Shown here: positions 1 through 9,174 of the stretch, piece after piece
Layout of the letters: each line of letters starts with the position of its first letter
Position numbering within the stretch: the first letter of the stretch is position 1
Notes under the pieces: generated by a model
Seen by the model: only the letters and a program-made list of their open reading frames with translations
Database searches by the model: none
What the model was told of the DNA's origin: nothing
Position numbers and translations under genes: made by a program
From: a virus
DNA length: 32,000 nt
Virus record (IMG/VR): IMGVR_UViG_3300029584_000162
Coordinates: 20,779-52,778 of that record
Reading direction: 5' to 3' (one strand)

Positions 1-29
1 TTTACAAATAAGATAAAGTGTGGTATAAT
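1..29 (+). promoter_or_regulatory. Sigma70-type promoter: TTTACA-17 bp-TATAAT, with TGTGG directly before the -10
   Basis: tttaca at 1-6, aataagataaagtgtgg, tataat at 24-29; upstream of the signal peptidase gene. Confidence 0.7.
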
Positions 30-55
30 ATAGACGTAGAGAAGAGGTGATTCCA

Positions 56-577
56 ATGAAAGAACGAAATCTCACCAACCGCACTGTATGGAGCCGTGAA
101 GTGCTCAAGGGTTCCCTGGAGGGGCTTATTATCGCTCTCCTTTTGTTCCGAATCCTGTTCAATGTTGTTGTGGTGTCCGGCCCTTCTATGGTGCCGACGC
201 TTGCGGACAATAGTGTGATTCTGACAAATCACATTAAGCCGAATCTGGAATTTGAGAGCATTGTTGTTTGCAATTCGAGCGGTCTGGATGAAAATATCGT
301 TAAGCGTATTATTGGTTGCCCCGGTGATACCATCGACATTGATTTCGAACAGGGGGTGGTCTATCGAAACGGAATCGCGCTGAGTGAACCGTACACGAAT
401 ACCCCGACCAACATCGAATATGACGATGGTATATCGTTTCCTCTCACCGTGGAGGATGGCTATTACTTTGTGCTGGGGGATAATCGAAACAACAGCCTTG
501 ACAGCCGCAGTTCCATTGTCGGATTGATTCCGAGAACGGACATCGAATCGTCCTATGTACTCACTATCATCGGGTAA
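56..577 (+). CDS. lepB: Signal peptidase I (S26 family)
   Basis: SGPSMVPTL catalytic-Ser motif, VKRIIGCPGD Lys motif, YFVLGDNRNNSLDSR box; N-terminal TM; start ATG at 56 preceded by gaagaggtg. Confidence 0.9.
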   Translation: MKERNLTNRTVWSREVLKGSLEGLIIALLLFRILFNVVVVSGPSMVPTLADNSVILTNHIKPNLEFESIVVCNSSGLDENIVKRIIGCPGDTIDIDFEQGVVYRNGIALSEPYTNTPTNIEYDDGISFPLTVEDGYYFVLGDNRNNSLDSRSSIVGLIPRTDIESSYVLTIIG

Positions 578-596
578 TCATTGAAAAGCAAGTAGA

Positions 597-632
597 AGGC
601 CTATGAGCGGGATTCCGTTCATAGGCCTTTTG
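597..632 (+). terminator. Intrinsic terminator-like hairpin
   Basis: AGGCCTATGAGCGG-GATT-CCGTTCATAGGCCTTTT. Confidence 0.7.
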
Positions 633-734
633 CTTTTGAAAATCTGCGAAAAAATTGACTTTTGAACGAAAGGTTGTAATAATAAAAGTGTAGGGCATTA
701 AGATGCCCCAAATTACGCAAAGGAGGCAATAGCA

Positions 735-1988
735 ATGGTCAAAAAAGATGGAGCAACTGCTTCAATCGAGGAAAACGCTGAAGTGCAGGCTCCCACTGAG
801 GAACAGAGCAACGTCCAATCCTCCACCGCAGAGAGCGTTGAAACGCAGGCCCCCAATGAAGAGGACGCAGAGATGCAGGCGCTCTTTGAGGGGCTTGATG
901 GAAACGAACCTGAGCAGTCCGGCGCGGAGGAAACCGCTCCCAAAGGGAAGCCTACCCGTGCTGATGTACTGAGGGAGGCAAGACGGCGGAGAGCGGAAAG
1001 AAGTGAGTCTGTCCGTGCCTATCAGGAGTTTCTTATCGGACTTTCTTCATTGACAGTCGCAGCTAAAAACCACAGCATCGTAAATGGTCTCGTCTCTCAT
1101 ATCGAGCAGCGAAACGATGTGGATTCGGAAGTTCCCTGTGTCATGATTATCGCGCTCGTAGAGGGCCGCTACAAGGTTTCCATTCCCTTTGACGAGTTCT
1201 ACCAGAAGAATCCCATTGATATGGCGACGGTAAATATGGAAACTAAGGCCGGTCGTGAAGAGTACGTCAACCGCTGCGCTACGATGGCGGCAAAGCTGTA
1301 TTCCCTGAATGTGCCGATGGTGATTACGACTATCCAGGTCGATGAAAGCACCGATGCTGAAGCCGGAGTTCCGGCTTATGTCATTGTCGCGTCCCGTAAG
1401 GCTGCGCTCGACATTATTGAGGAGACAAATTACGGAGACCGACCTGACGGTGATGGCCCGCGCATTCAGGAAGGCGATTTTGTTCGTGCTCAGATTACCT
1501 CTGTGGCACGCGACAGCATTGCCGTTGTGGTTGGCGGAGTCGATACGCGGGTGCCGCTCCACGCCCTGACTTTCGAGTACCTTGTTGACGCGAGAACCAA
1601 ATACAAGGTGGGGCAGGAAATTATGGTTCAGGTAGAGCAAATCATCAAAGAGAAAGACGGCCACCACATCGTCGAGGTGAACTGTAAGCAGCCTGAGTTG
1701 GAGCGTGCGAAGCAAATGCGCAGCGCTCTTCCAATCGGCTCCATCGTGTTTGGCATCGTATCTTCCGTGGCTGCGAGTAAGAAACAGCCTGGGAATATCA
1801 ATGTGTTGGCGTATATCAAGATGTACGATTTACCCGTACTCGTGAACAATATGCCTGCGAAATTCCTTGGGAGCGAGCCTCCGCGTGGTTCGACCGTCCG
1901 GCTGAAGGTTCTTAATTATTTGGACAACGGGATGATTCTGTGCCGGTGCATCGGCACCCAAGGCCCCATGAATTTCCCCAACGCCTGA
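735..1988 (+). CDS. Hypothetical protein with an S1-like (OB-fold) segment
   Basis: Long ORF; 'IQEGDFVRAQITSVARDSIAVVVGGVDTRVPLHAL...KVGQEIMVQVEQI' resembles an S1 domain; acidic Q/E-rich N-terminus. Confidence 0.55.
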   Translation: MVKKDGATASIEENAEVQAPTEEQSNVQSSTAESVETQAPNEEDAEMQALFEGLDGNEPEQSGAEETAPKGKPTRADVLREARRRRAERSESVRAYQEFLIGLSSLTVAAKNHSIVNGLVSHIEQRNDVDSEVPCVMIIALVEGRYKVSIPFDEFYQKNPIDMATVNMETKAGREEYVNRCATMAAKLYSLNVPMVITTIQVDESTDAEAGVPAYVIVASRKAALDIIEETNYGDRPDGDGPRIQEGDFVRAQITSVARDSIAVVVGGVDTRVPLHALTFEYLVDARTKYKVGQEIMVQVEQIIKEKDGHHIVEVNCKQPELERAKQMRSALPIGSIVFGIVSSVAASKKQPGNINVLAYIKMYDLPVLVNNMPAKFLGSEPPRGSTVRLKVLNYLDNGMILCRCIGTQGPMNFPNA

Positions 1989-2000
1989 TGACCGTTTCGG

Positions 2001-2040
2001 TGCGGCTCCCCTCCACTCGGAGTCGGAGCCGCGCTTTTCT
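2001..2040 (+). terminator. Terminator/attenuator-like hairpin before the PrgI/VirB4 genes
   Basis: TGCGGCTCC...GGAGCCGCGCTTTTC. Confidence 0.55.
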
Positions 2041-2075
2041 TTGAAACGTTTTTTTGAAAGGAGGCTTGCATTCTC

Positions 2076-2948
2076 GTGAGCGATAAGCGTAACGAGGACT
2101 TGAAACAGTTCATTATTCCAGAAAATTTTATGGGAGAATCCAGACTATTTCAAGGGCAGTTAAAGACACGCAATGTAGTGGAAGGAGGATTGATTTCGGG
2201 GGTATTGGCAATTTTCTTTTGGAATGTCATTTCAGTTCCTATCACCACAAAAATATCCCTGGTCATATTTTTTTCCGCACCACTTGGTCTGCTTGGCCTG
2301 TTTGGCGTGAACGGCGACCCGCTGTCCACCTTTATCAAGATTTTCTTTTCATGGCGAAGAAAACGGGGGCTGATGTTGTTCAACAACGAAGCACGAGCGT
2401 TGAAGGAAGCCCCCATTAAGCTCATGATGTCGGAAGATGGCATGGGCGACAAACTCAGGGATTTTCTGGATGCCAGAAAGGAAAAGAAGGCCGCTGAACG
2501 GGCGAGTCAGGAGATGGTCGAAGGCAAAACGTTCGAGTTTGCACCTGACAGTTCACTTGAGGGCAACTACATTGATGAAGATGACGATGGCGATGAAACG
2601 CCGAGCGGCAGCGCCGGCAATCTCCATAAAACAAAGCGCAACCAATCCTTCGTTGAAGTGGAAGTCCTGGAAGAGGATGACGATACCTCGTTGGAACTGG
2701 ACGGATTTACGGAGGATATCGACAGCAGCACCGTTGAGGAATCTGGCCTGCCGTTGCCGGATTTGGGCGGGGCCGACGATGTGGAATTGAGTAACGATGA
2801 CACTAACGAGATGCCTGACGCCGAGGAACCTGACGATAATCCCCCTGCGTGTGAAACGCAGCTGGAGTCTGCGGCAGAGGATAATTCTGACGCCGAAGGC
2901 GACGCGGATGGGGAAGATGAAGAACTTGACGAGGAGGATTTGTTTTAA
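2076..2948 (+). CDS. PrgI-family T4SS-associated membrane protein with long acidic C-terminal tail
   Basis: GTG start after aaaggagg; N-terminal 'FIIPENF...' plus two TM segments; TGA overlaps the ATG of the downstream VirB4-like gene. Confidence 0.6.
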   Translation: MSDKRNEDLKQFIIPENFMGESRLFQGQLKTRNVVEGGLISGVLAIFFWNVISVPITTKISLVIFFSAPLGLLGLFGVNGDPLSTFIKIFFSWRRKRGLMLFNNEARALKEAPIKLMMSEDGMGDKLRDFLDARKEKKAAERASQEMVEGKTFEFAPDSSLEGNYIDEDDDGDETPSGSAGNLHKTKRNQSFVEVEVLEEDDDTSLELDGFTEDIDSSTVEESGLPLPDLGGADDVELSNDDTNEMPDAEEPDDNPPACETQLESAAEDNSDAEGDADGEDEELDEEDLF

Positions 2949-5440
2949 TGTCCAGAAAACTGAAACAGGTGATAAGCTGCCAATCTTTCTCGCCCATAAG
3001 CGATGTTCGTGACGGCATCATCGTCACGAAAGACGGGAAATTTGTGAAGTTGATGGAGTTCTCTCCCATTAACTACGGCTTACGGTCGAACGAGGATAAG
3101 AACATGATTACGGCACAATATGCGGCCGCAATCCGCTCGTTTCCAAGCGTTGTCCAAATCAAAGTTCTGTCCAATCGCGCAAATGTCGAACACTATATTT
3201 CCGGCATGGTGGAAAGTGTGCGCCATGAAAAGAATGAAGGAACCCGTGAACTGATGCGGGAGCAAATCGACATGATGTCAGAATTTGGCACATCGCAAGG
3301 CGTATCCCGTCGCTTTTTTCTCGCATTCCAGTACGAGGAAGAAGAGGGATTCGCACATCGTTCACCATCATGGAATGAAATCAGAAGCACCATTACGAGA
3401 CAGGAGGACGCCATCAGAAGCAACCTTCGGGCCTGCGGCAACATTATGATTTCAAGGCCTCACGATGACGTCTATGTGCTTTCCACGCTTTACGATATCA
3501 TGTCCAGAGCACAGAGCGCGAACCACCCGTTTGACGAGAGAATGGCGGATGTTGTTGCCCGATATACGGCGGCAAACATCGACTTCACGCGAGATAGTGC
3601 GGCGCATCTTCCTGTCAATGATGTGCTTGCTCCGTACTGCATTGATACGGAGTCAAGTCCCCGATATATCATCGTGGATGGCATCTACTATATGTGCTGC
3701 TATCTTCCGAGCAATGCCTATCCTGTGCGCGTTCTTGGCGGCTGGATGCAGCTGCTGGCAGGACTGGGGGAGGGGATTGATGTGGATGTTTGGCTTCAGA
3801 AGATTTCACCGGAGAAGATTCAAACTGCACTGCATCATGGCCTGCGGTTCAATGCAATGCGCTTCCGCAACACAGAAACCACCAGTAGCGACTACGATGA
3901 TGTGAAGGCTGCGGTGGACGCAGGATACTATCTGAAAAGCTCTCTCGCGGCCGGCGACGAATTTGCCTATATGTCTACAATGCTCACTATTACAGGTGAA
4001 AGCGAGCGAGAAATTGACTACAAATTCAAGGAAATCCGGCGCATTTTCATTGAGAGAGAATTGACTCTTAAACCTTGTACTTTCCAGCAAGCAGAAGCGT
4101 TTCGCTCCACCATTCCCGTATGTGAGTATGACAAAAACCTATTCCGTAAGAGCCGCAGAAATATTCTGTGTTCCGATTTTGCGTCCACCTATATGTTCAC
4201 ATCTTCCGAGCTGTGCGATAAGGACGGCGTGATGCTGGGCGTGGATGATGTGTTCAAATCACCGGTTCTGGTCAACTTCTTCGACCGCCAGCAATATATC
4301 AATGCCAACATCAATATTGTCGGCTCCTCTGGCTCCGGTAAGACCTTCACCACGCAGGTTCTGGCATTGAGAATGCGGGAGAAGGGGGTTCAAACCTTCA
4401 TTATCGCGCCGCTGAAAGGCAAGGAGTTCCTGCCGCTTTGTGAGAAGGTTGGGGGCAGTTTCATTGAAATCAAACCCGGTTCCGGACAGAATATCAATAT
4501 CATGGAGATACGCAAGAAGGAAGAGGGCAACGTCTACGATGACGATGGTGCGTTGGTCACTTCCGGCTCGATTTTGGCACAGAAAATCCAGCAGCTTCTC
4601 ATTTTCTTTAAGCTGATTATCCCGGACATGACGCCAGAAGAGGTGCAGTATGTGGATGACGCGCTGCTGAAAACTTACGGCAATTTCGGAATTACCCATA
4701 AGAACAAGAGCCTGTTGGACCCCAACGACAAGAAGAAATACCGCAAAATGCCTATCCTTTCGGACGTATATTCCGAGCTGGAAAAGATGGGCGCACCAGC
4801 AAATCGTTTGTGCCGTTTGCTGACGCGATACACCACAGGTTCTGCATCTTCGTTCAACGCGCAAACCAATGTGAACCTTAACAACAAGTTCGTAGTGCTG
4901 GATGTTTCCGATGCGCAGAAAGACTTCCTTCCTGTGGCTATGTTCCTTGCATTGGATTATGTTTGGGATAAATGCAAGGAAAATCGGAACGTCAACAAGT
5001 GTGTTTTCATTGACGAGACTTGGCGCTTGGTCTGCTCCGATGCACCTATCGAAGCCGCCAATTTCGTGGTCGAAATCTTCCGTACTATCCGAGGCTTCGG
5101 TGGAAGCGCCGTCGCTGCCACGCAGAATATCGCAGACTTCTTCTCTGCGGGAATTGGCACCGCCATCATCGGAAACGCCAAAATCAAAATGATTTTGCGC
5201 AGTGAAAAAGAGGAAGCAAACGCGATTGCGGATGCGATTGGTCTGACCGACGAGGAACTCAAGCGTGTAAAAACCATGGACCGTGGAACCTGTCTCCTGA
5301 CCGCAAATGAGAACCACATTTTCATCAATGTTAAGGCGACGGATACGGAAGAATACCTGATAACGACTGACCCAAAAGCAAGAGCCGCTGCGAAGCGCCG
5401 AATTGAGCAGAAGCGTACTTGCGCTGCCTTCAGGCGCTGA
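2948..5440 (+). CDS. VirB4/TraE/TcpF-type conjugation ATPase
   Basis: Walker A 'NIVGSSGSGKTFTTQ', 'TFIIAPLKGKEF', 'NKCVFIDETWRL' Walker B-like, 830 aa. Confidence 0.9.
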   Translation: MSRKLKQVISCQSFSPISDVRDGIIVTKDGKFVKLMEFSPINYGLRSNEDKNMITAQYAAAIRSFPSVVQIKVLSNRANVEHYISGMVESVRHEKNEGTRELMREQIDMMSEFGTSQGVSRRFFLAFQYEEEEGFAHRSPSWNEIRSTITRQEDAIRSNLRACGNIMISRPHDDVYVLSTLYDIMSRAQSANHPFDERMADVVARYTAANIDFTRDSAAHLPVNDVLAPYCIDTESSPRYIIVDGIYYMCCYLPSNAYPVRVLGGWMQLLAGLGEGIDVDVWLQKISPEKIQTALHHGLRFNAMRFRNTETTSSDYDDVKAAVDAGYYLKSSLAAGDEFAYMSTMLTITGESEREIDYKFKEIRRIFIERELTLKPCTFQQAEAFRSTIPVCEYDKNLFRKSRRNILCSDFASTYMFTSSELCDKDGVMLGVDDVFKSPVLVNFFDRQQYINANINIVGSSGSGKTFTTQVLALRMREKGVQTFIIAPLKGKEFLPLCEKVGGSFIEIKPGSGQNINIMEIRKKEEGNVYDDDGALVTSGSILAQKIQQLLIFFKLIIPDMTPEEVQYVDDALLKTYGNFGITHKNKSLLDPNDKKKYRKMPILSDVYSELEKMGAPANRLCRLLTRYTTGSASSFNAQTNVNLNNKFVVLDVSDAQKDFLPVAMFLALDYVWDKCKENRNVNKCVFIDETWRLVCSDAPIEAANFVVEIFRTIRGFGGSAVAATQNIADFFSAGIGTAIIGNAKIKMILRSEKEEANAIADAIGLTDEELKRVKTMDRGTCLLTANENHIFINVKATDTEEYLITTDPKARAAAKRRIEQKRTCAAFRR

Positions 5441-5479
5441 TTTCAATGGAAAAAACTATTTACAAGAGAGGTGCTGACT

Positions 5480-6091
5480 ATGTTATATGAAGCTCCTGTT
5501 GACAATTTGAAATGTCTCATGAGGTCATGTACTGTGCTGAGTCGAAGCGGGTTGTATCGCTTTTTCTCTTCGCAGCTTACGCAAGCGCAGGTTGATTTTC
5601 TTATCAATGCGCTGGCAAGCCAACGAGTCCTTGACATCGACGAACAGGACTACGAACTGATTTGGTTTCACCGGATGGGCCTGAAAACTTCGAGGCTGAG
5701 ACCGGAATATGTGAAGGCGAAAATCCGTGCGTTTTGGGTGATTGCCCGTGTCGGATGCGACGCTATTCTGGATGTAACCTCGCTGGACCATCCGATGCAG
5801 TTCTCCTTCATCGCGAGCACGTTGGACGAGAACGGTGAGGAGCGGTATATTCCGTATGATATTGCCGTCTGCAACACCGTTGACATCGCAAAGACTGTTG
5901 TTTACAAGCGAAGCAAATGCGAACGGAGCGCCATTGAGGAGGAGGCTACGCACATCGCACTGGTGAATAATAAGGAAACCGGCGAGGCAATTATGAAAGA
6001 ATGCCTGGACGAAAATAGCCGCCTTTACCGTGGGTTTGACTGTTTCTGTACGCTGGATAATAACAATATTCCGAGGTATGTCTCATGGTGA
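5480..6091 (+). CDS. Hypothetical protein
   Basis: Operonic ORF overlapping the next start; internal ATG after agaggtgctgact. Confidence 0.5.
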   Translation: MLYEAPVDNLKCLMRSCTVLSRSGLYRFFSSQLTQAQVDFLINALASQRVLDIDEQDYELIWFHRMGLKTSRLRPEYVKAKIRAFWVIARVGCDAILDVTSLDHPMQFSFIASTLDENGEERYIPYDIAVCNTVDIAKTVVYKRSKCERSAIEEEATHIALVNNKETGEAIMKECLDENSRLYRGFDCFCTLDNNNIPRYVSW

Positions 6092-6903
6092 ATTCAACTT
6101 TGCCGGATGAAGAATTCGTGTTGACGCTCATGCAAATCGACGAGGCAAAGTCCGTGGCAGAGGAAGTTGCAGGGGAAGCAAATGCGCTGAATAACCTTGC
6201 AGGAAGTGTGTTGAAGCTGTCTGAAAAAGTGGAGCACGACCACGGCTTTCTTGAACGCGAAGCAAATCAAATCGACGCGCAGAAAATTGTGAAGTCCTTC
6301 TACGTTTCAGGACTCGTCCACACACACTCGCTGTATCAAGCAATCATCGCACCGAATACCGCAGGCGGACTTCTTTCGCAAGCAGCTGTTCAGAGGGAAA
6401 ACTATCTTGCATTTGGCGCTGAAATCGAGGGAATCCGCACTTTCCTCTCGGAGGGAAAGCTGCTAATAAAGTTGCCGATGTTGCCTGTCATTTGGAGCCG
6501 AAGTTACGCACTTACACATATCGAAAAGGCCTCTGCTTTGAAGCGGTTCTTCTCCTTTTTTACGCAGTCTTTGCACGAGAGCCTGATGCTTCTTGACAAC
6601 GAAATTCCCCCGTTCCCAAGTCAAAGCATCAACTATATTTTTGTGTTTCCTTGCTCGGAAAATATCGTTGTTGACTGCGATAATTTCGACACAAAAGCAA
6701 TCACAGACACCATTTGCCTGCATACTTTTTGCGATGACTCCGCAGAAAAAACCAGCTTTCACATGACGGGTTTTCGCTCCGATGATGTTCCACGAGGAAC
6801 CTACATTTGCGTCTGTCCGGACAAATTTTCGTCCGCAAATCCGCACGAAATCATTCAAATTTTCCATCAGAATTTTGCTGATTCACCGGCAAAAAAAGGC
6901 TGA
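6085..6903 (+). CDS. Hypothetical protein
   Basis: 272-aa ORF overlapping the upstream stop. Confidence 0.55.
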   Translation: MVNSTLPDEEFVLTLMQIDEAKSVAEEVAGEANALNNLAGSVLKLSEKVEHDHGFLEREANQIDAQKIVKSFYVSGLVHTHSLYQAIIAPNTAGGLLSQAAVQRENYLAFGAEIEGIRTFLSEGKLLIKLPMLPVIWSRSYALTHIEKASALKRFFSFFTQSLHESLMLLDNEIPPFPSQSINYIFVFPCSENIVVDCDNFDTKAITDTICLHTFCDDSAEKTSFHMTGFRSDDVPRGTYICVCPDKFSSANPHEIIQIFHQNFADSPAKKG

Positions 6904-7194
6904 AAAAGCATACAAAAAAATCGACATTCGCAAAAACGGTTTATTTGTATACAAAAAAGCCGTAAAAACCGTGATTTTGCAAAGGCTCCGAAGCACGGTC
7001 AGCGGAATTTTCCGTCATGCTCAGGAGTCAGCGGAGAAAGCAATCATTTTTTGGACTTTTAAGCCATCTGCCGCCATCTTGGTAACTGCCAGAGAAATCA
7101 GGCGCTTATTTCCGCATAGGCAGAGGTCGATAACAGCCGCCGAACGGCTCGGTAAAAGAGCTTGTAAAAGAATGAAAGAGAGGAGGTCTCAAAG

Positions 7195-8583
7195 ATGGAG
7201 CGATTGACCTGCTATGAAAGCATCCTATACCAACTGCTTGTGTTCAATTATGCGACCAAGAAATCCCTTCTCTTGCTCAACTTTTCAAAAGATGCCATCT
7301 ATCGTGCTGTTGAACGCGGGTTGGAAGAACGAACCATCAGTGATGGGCGAATGACATACAACATCAAAGGCGTATCTCGCAAACATCAACTGACGTATCT
7401 CACTATAACACCAATCGGCATTGAATACCTCAAGCAGAAATGCTCACATAAAATCCAATGGCTTTCCAATCTCAGCGTCGAGGACTCCGAAAGAGTGCAA
7501 ATCAAAGGCACGCGCTTTTCAACGAATTACGCGGAACGGTTCCTTCGGTCAACAGTATCAATGCAGATGGCGGTGGAAGCTGGCGTCAGCGGGAAGATGA
7601 TGTTTATAGTCAGGAGCGAGGAGGAAACGGAGAAGAGTGTTTTAGCCTCCAAACAGAAGATGAACACCGACGAGCAATCCGACCGCTGGTGGCTCGACGA
7701 CATCGAGAGCATCCTTGGGGAAGATGGTGCGGACGATGACGGGGACGATTACGAGGAGGAAGAATGCGAAGCCGAGTACGAAGTTGAGACCTGCGCAGCA
7801 GATGACGGAACGCCATTGATGAAGACGATAATGGAAGCAACTAACGGAAATATAACGATTCGGAACAGAGGGGAAAAGAAAGATGGCCCCATATTCTATT
7901 CGTCCGATGAAGTTAAACGGGTCGAGCTGTCAACGCTGTCCGAGGAGCGGAAGAAGCAGGCAGCACGCGGGCTTATGATGTGCAGGCTCAGCGGTCTTTT
8001 AATCGGCTGTTTTCATAGCTACATTGTCTATCTCGCAAACGCGAACGGCATGGATTGGCACGAGCACATTGTATCCAAGGAAATCACACTGAAAAACGGC
8101 TTTTCCAGAAACGCGAACAGAGCCGGAACCATCTCTCAGCAAAACAACGGAATACTCATTGTAAAGAACGCAAAAGACCTGGCCGACATTTACAGCGATA
8201 AGTTGAAAAGGCGAAAGCGGAAAGAGTATCTCGGAAAGGGCTTAGACCACCTTTATGTGCTGACGCTGGATAGAAAGGGCGTTGCACAGATGCGGACGCT
8301 GGCAGAGACTGACGTCGATGCGGAGGAAATGGACATTATAGAGGCGGCGGTCGAGAGCAGCATCTATACGAAGAACACCGATGTGAGTGCGAAGCTATTT
8401 CCGCTCAAGACCAAAGACGGCTTGTTGATATCCGTTGGAACCATTATGGATATCCGGCGAGTCGATACATTGAAAGCAGTCTCGGAAAAGACGCAGGTAG
8501 AGTATGGAATTCTGTGCGAAGAATGGCAGATACCGTACTATGAAGCAATGGAGCAGGATGTCAAATACATGACAGTCTCTTAA
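7195..8583 (+). CDS. Hypothetical protein with an N-terminal winged-helix-like segment (possibly replication-relaxation-like)
   Basis: 'FSKDAIYRAVERGLEERTISDG...RKHQLTYLTITPIGIEYL' resembles a wHTH; RBS gagaggag upstream. Confidence 0.45.
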   Translation: MERLTCYESILYQLLVFNYATKKSLLLLNFSKDAIYRAVERGLEERTISDGRMTYNIKGVSRKHQLTYLTITPIGIEYLKQKCSHKIQWLSNLSVEDSERVQIKGTRFSTNYAERFLRSTVSMQMAVEAGVSGKMMFIVRSEEETEKSVLASKQKMNTDEQSDRWWLDDIESILGEDGADDDGDDYEEEECEAEYEVETCAADDGTPLMKTIMEATNGNITIRNRGEKKDGPIFYSSDEVKRVELSTLSEERKKQAARGLMMCRLSGLLIGCFHSYIVYLANANGMDWHEHIVSKEITLKNGFSRNANRAGTISQQNNGILIVKNAKDLADIYSDKLKRRKRKEYLGKGLDHLYVLTLDRKGVAQMRTLAETDVDAEEMDIIEAAVESSIYTKNTDVSAKLFPLKTKDGLLISVGTIMDIRRVDTLKAVSEKTQVEYGILCEEWQIPYYEAMEQDVKYMTVS

Positions 8584-8603
8584 CTGCATGAGGAGGATAC
8601 AGC

Positions 8604-9089
8604 ATGGAACAGAAATATTTAGTACGAATCAAAAGCGATGTCAGGGAAGCCGAGTTCGATGTGACCGGCGAGAACGGAGTGTGTACGAGCGTAAGACTGA
8701 AATCACTCCGCTACCTGAAGGCAAACCCGAACAGTGGACATGGGGAAGTAATGGATGCACACATCTATGAGAACGATGACAGCCCTATGAACTCCAATAT
8801 GCTCTATAAGTGGATTGTTCTGTGGGGTAGTATCCCGGAGGTCATCAAAGAAGTCGAAACGAACCTGCCCGTTGTTATGCTGGAAACGAATGTGGTGTGG
8901 GACGGTTTTGAGGAAGACGAAGGAAAATCTGAAATCTGCTATACCTATCCGTTCTCCCACGCATGGGGTGGCAAATACGCAAAGTACGCAATTTCCAAGG
9001 TGCTGTTCAGCGGCCAAGGTGAAATGGTCGCAAAAATGTTCAATAAAAATCTGGAAGATGTCCGTGTCCTCGTTCCCGAATTCTGCTGA
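8604..9089 (+). CDS. Hypothetical protein
   Basis: 161-aa ORF, RBS gaggagg upstream. Confidence 0.55.
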   Translation: MEQKYLVRIKSDVREAEFDVTGENGVCTSVRLKSLRYLKANPNSGHGEVMDAHIYENDDSPMNSNMLYKWIVLWGSIPEVIKEVETNLPVVMLETNVVWDGFEEDEGKSEICYTYPFSHAWGGKYAKYAISKVLFSGQGEMVAKMFNKNLEDVRVLVPEFC

Positions 9090-9174
9090 GCGAATGCGAA
9101 GCTGCGAAGCCAAAAAGTCAGCTTGTCAGAAACCGAGATATACGGTAGAATGAAGACATAGCTTTTGGGGGTGA

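Noticed and set aside
4259-5446. 395-aa minus-strand ORF
   Set aside because: Shadow ORF opposite the well-supported VirB4-like ATPase gene; no recognisable domain or RBS.
6909-6953. Weak inverted repeat GCATACAAA...TTTGTATAC in an A/T-rich intergenic stretch
   Set aside because: Short arms in low-complexity sequence; could be an operator but no independent support.
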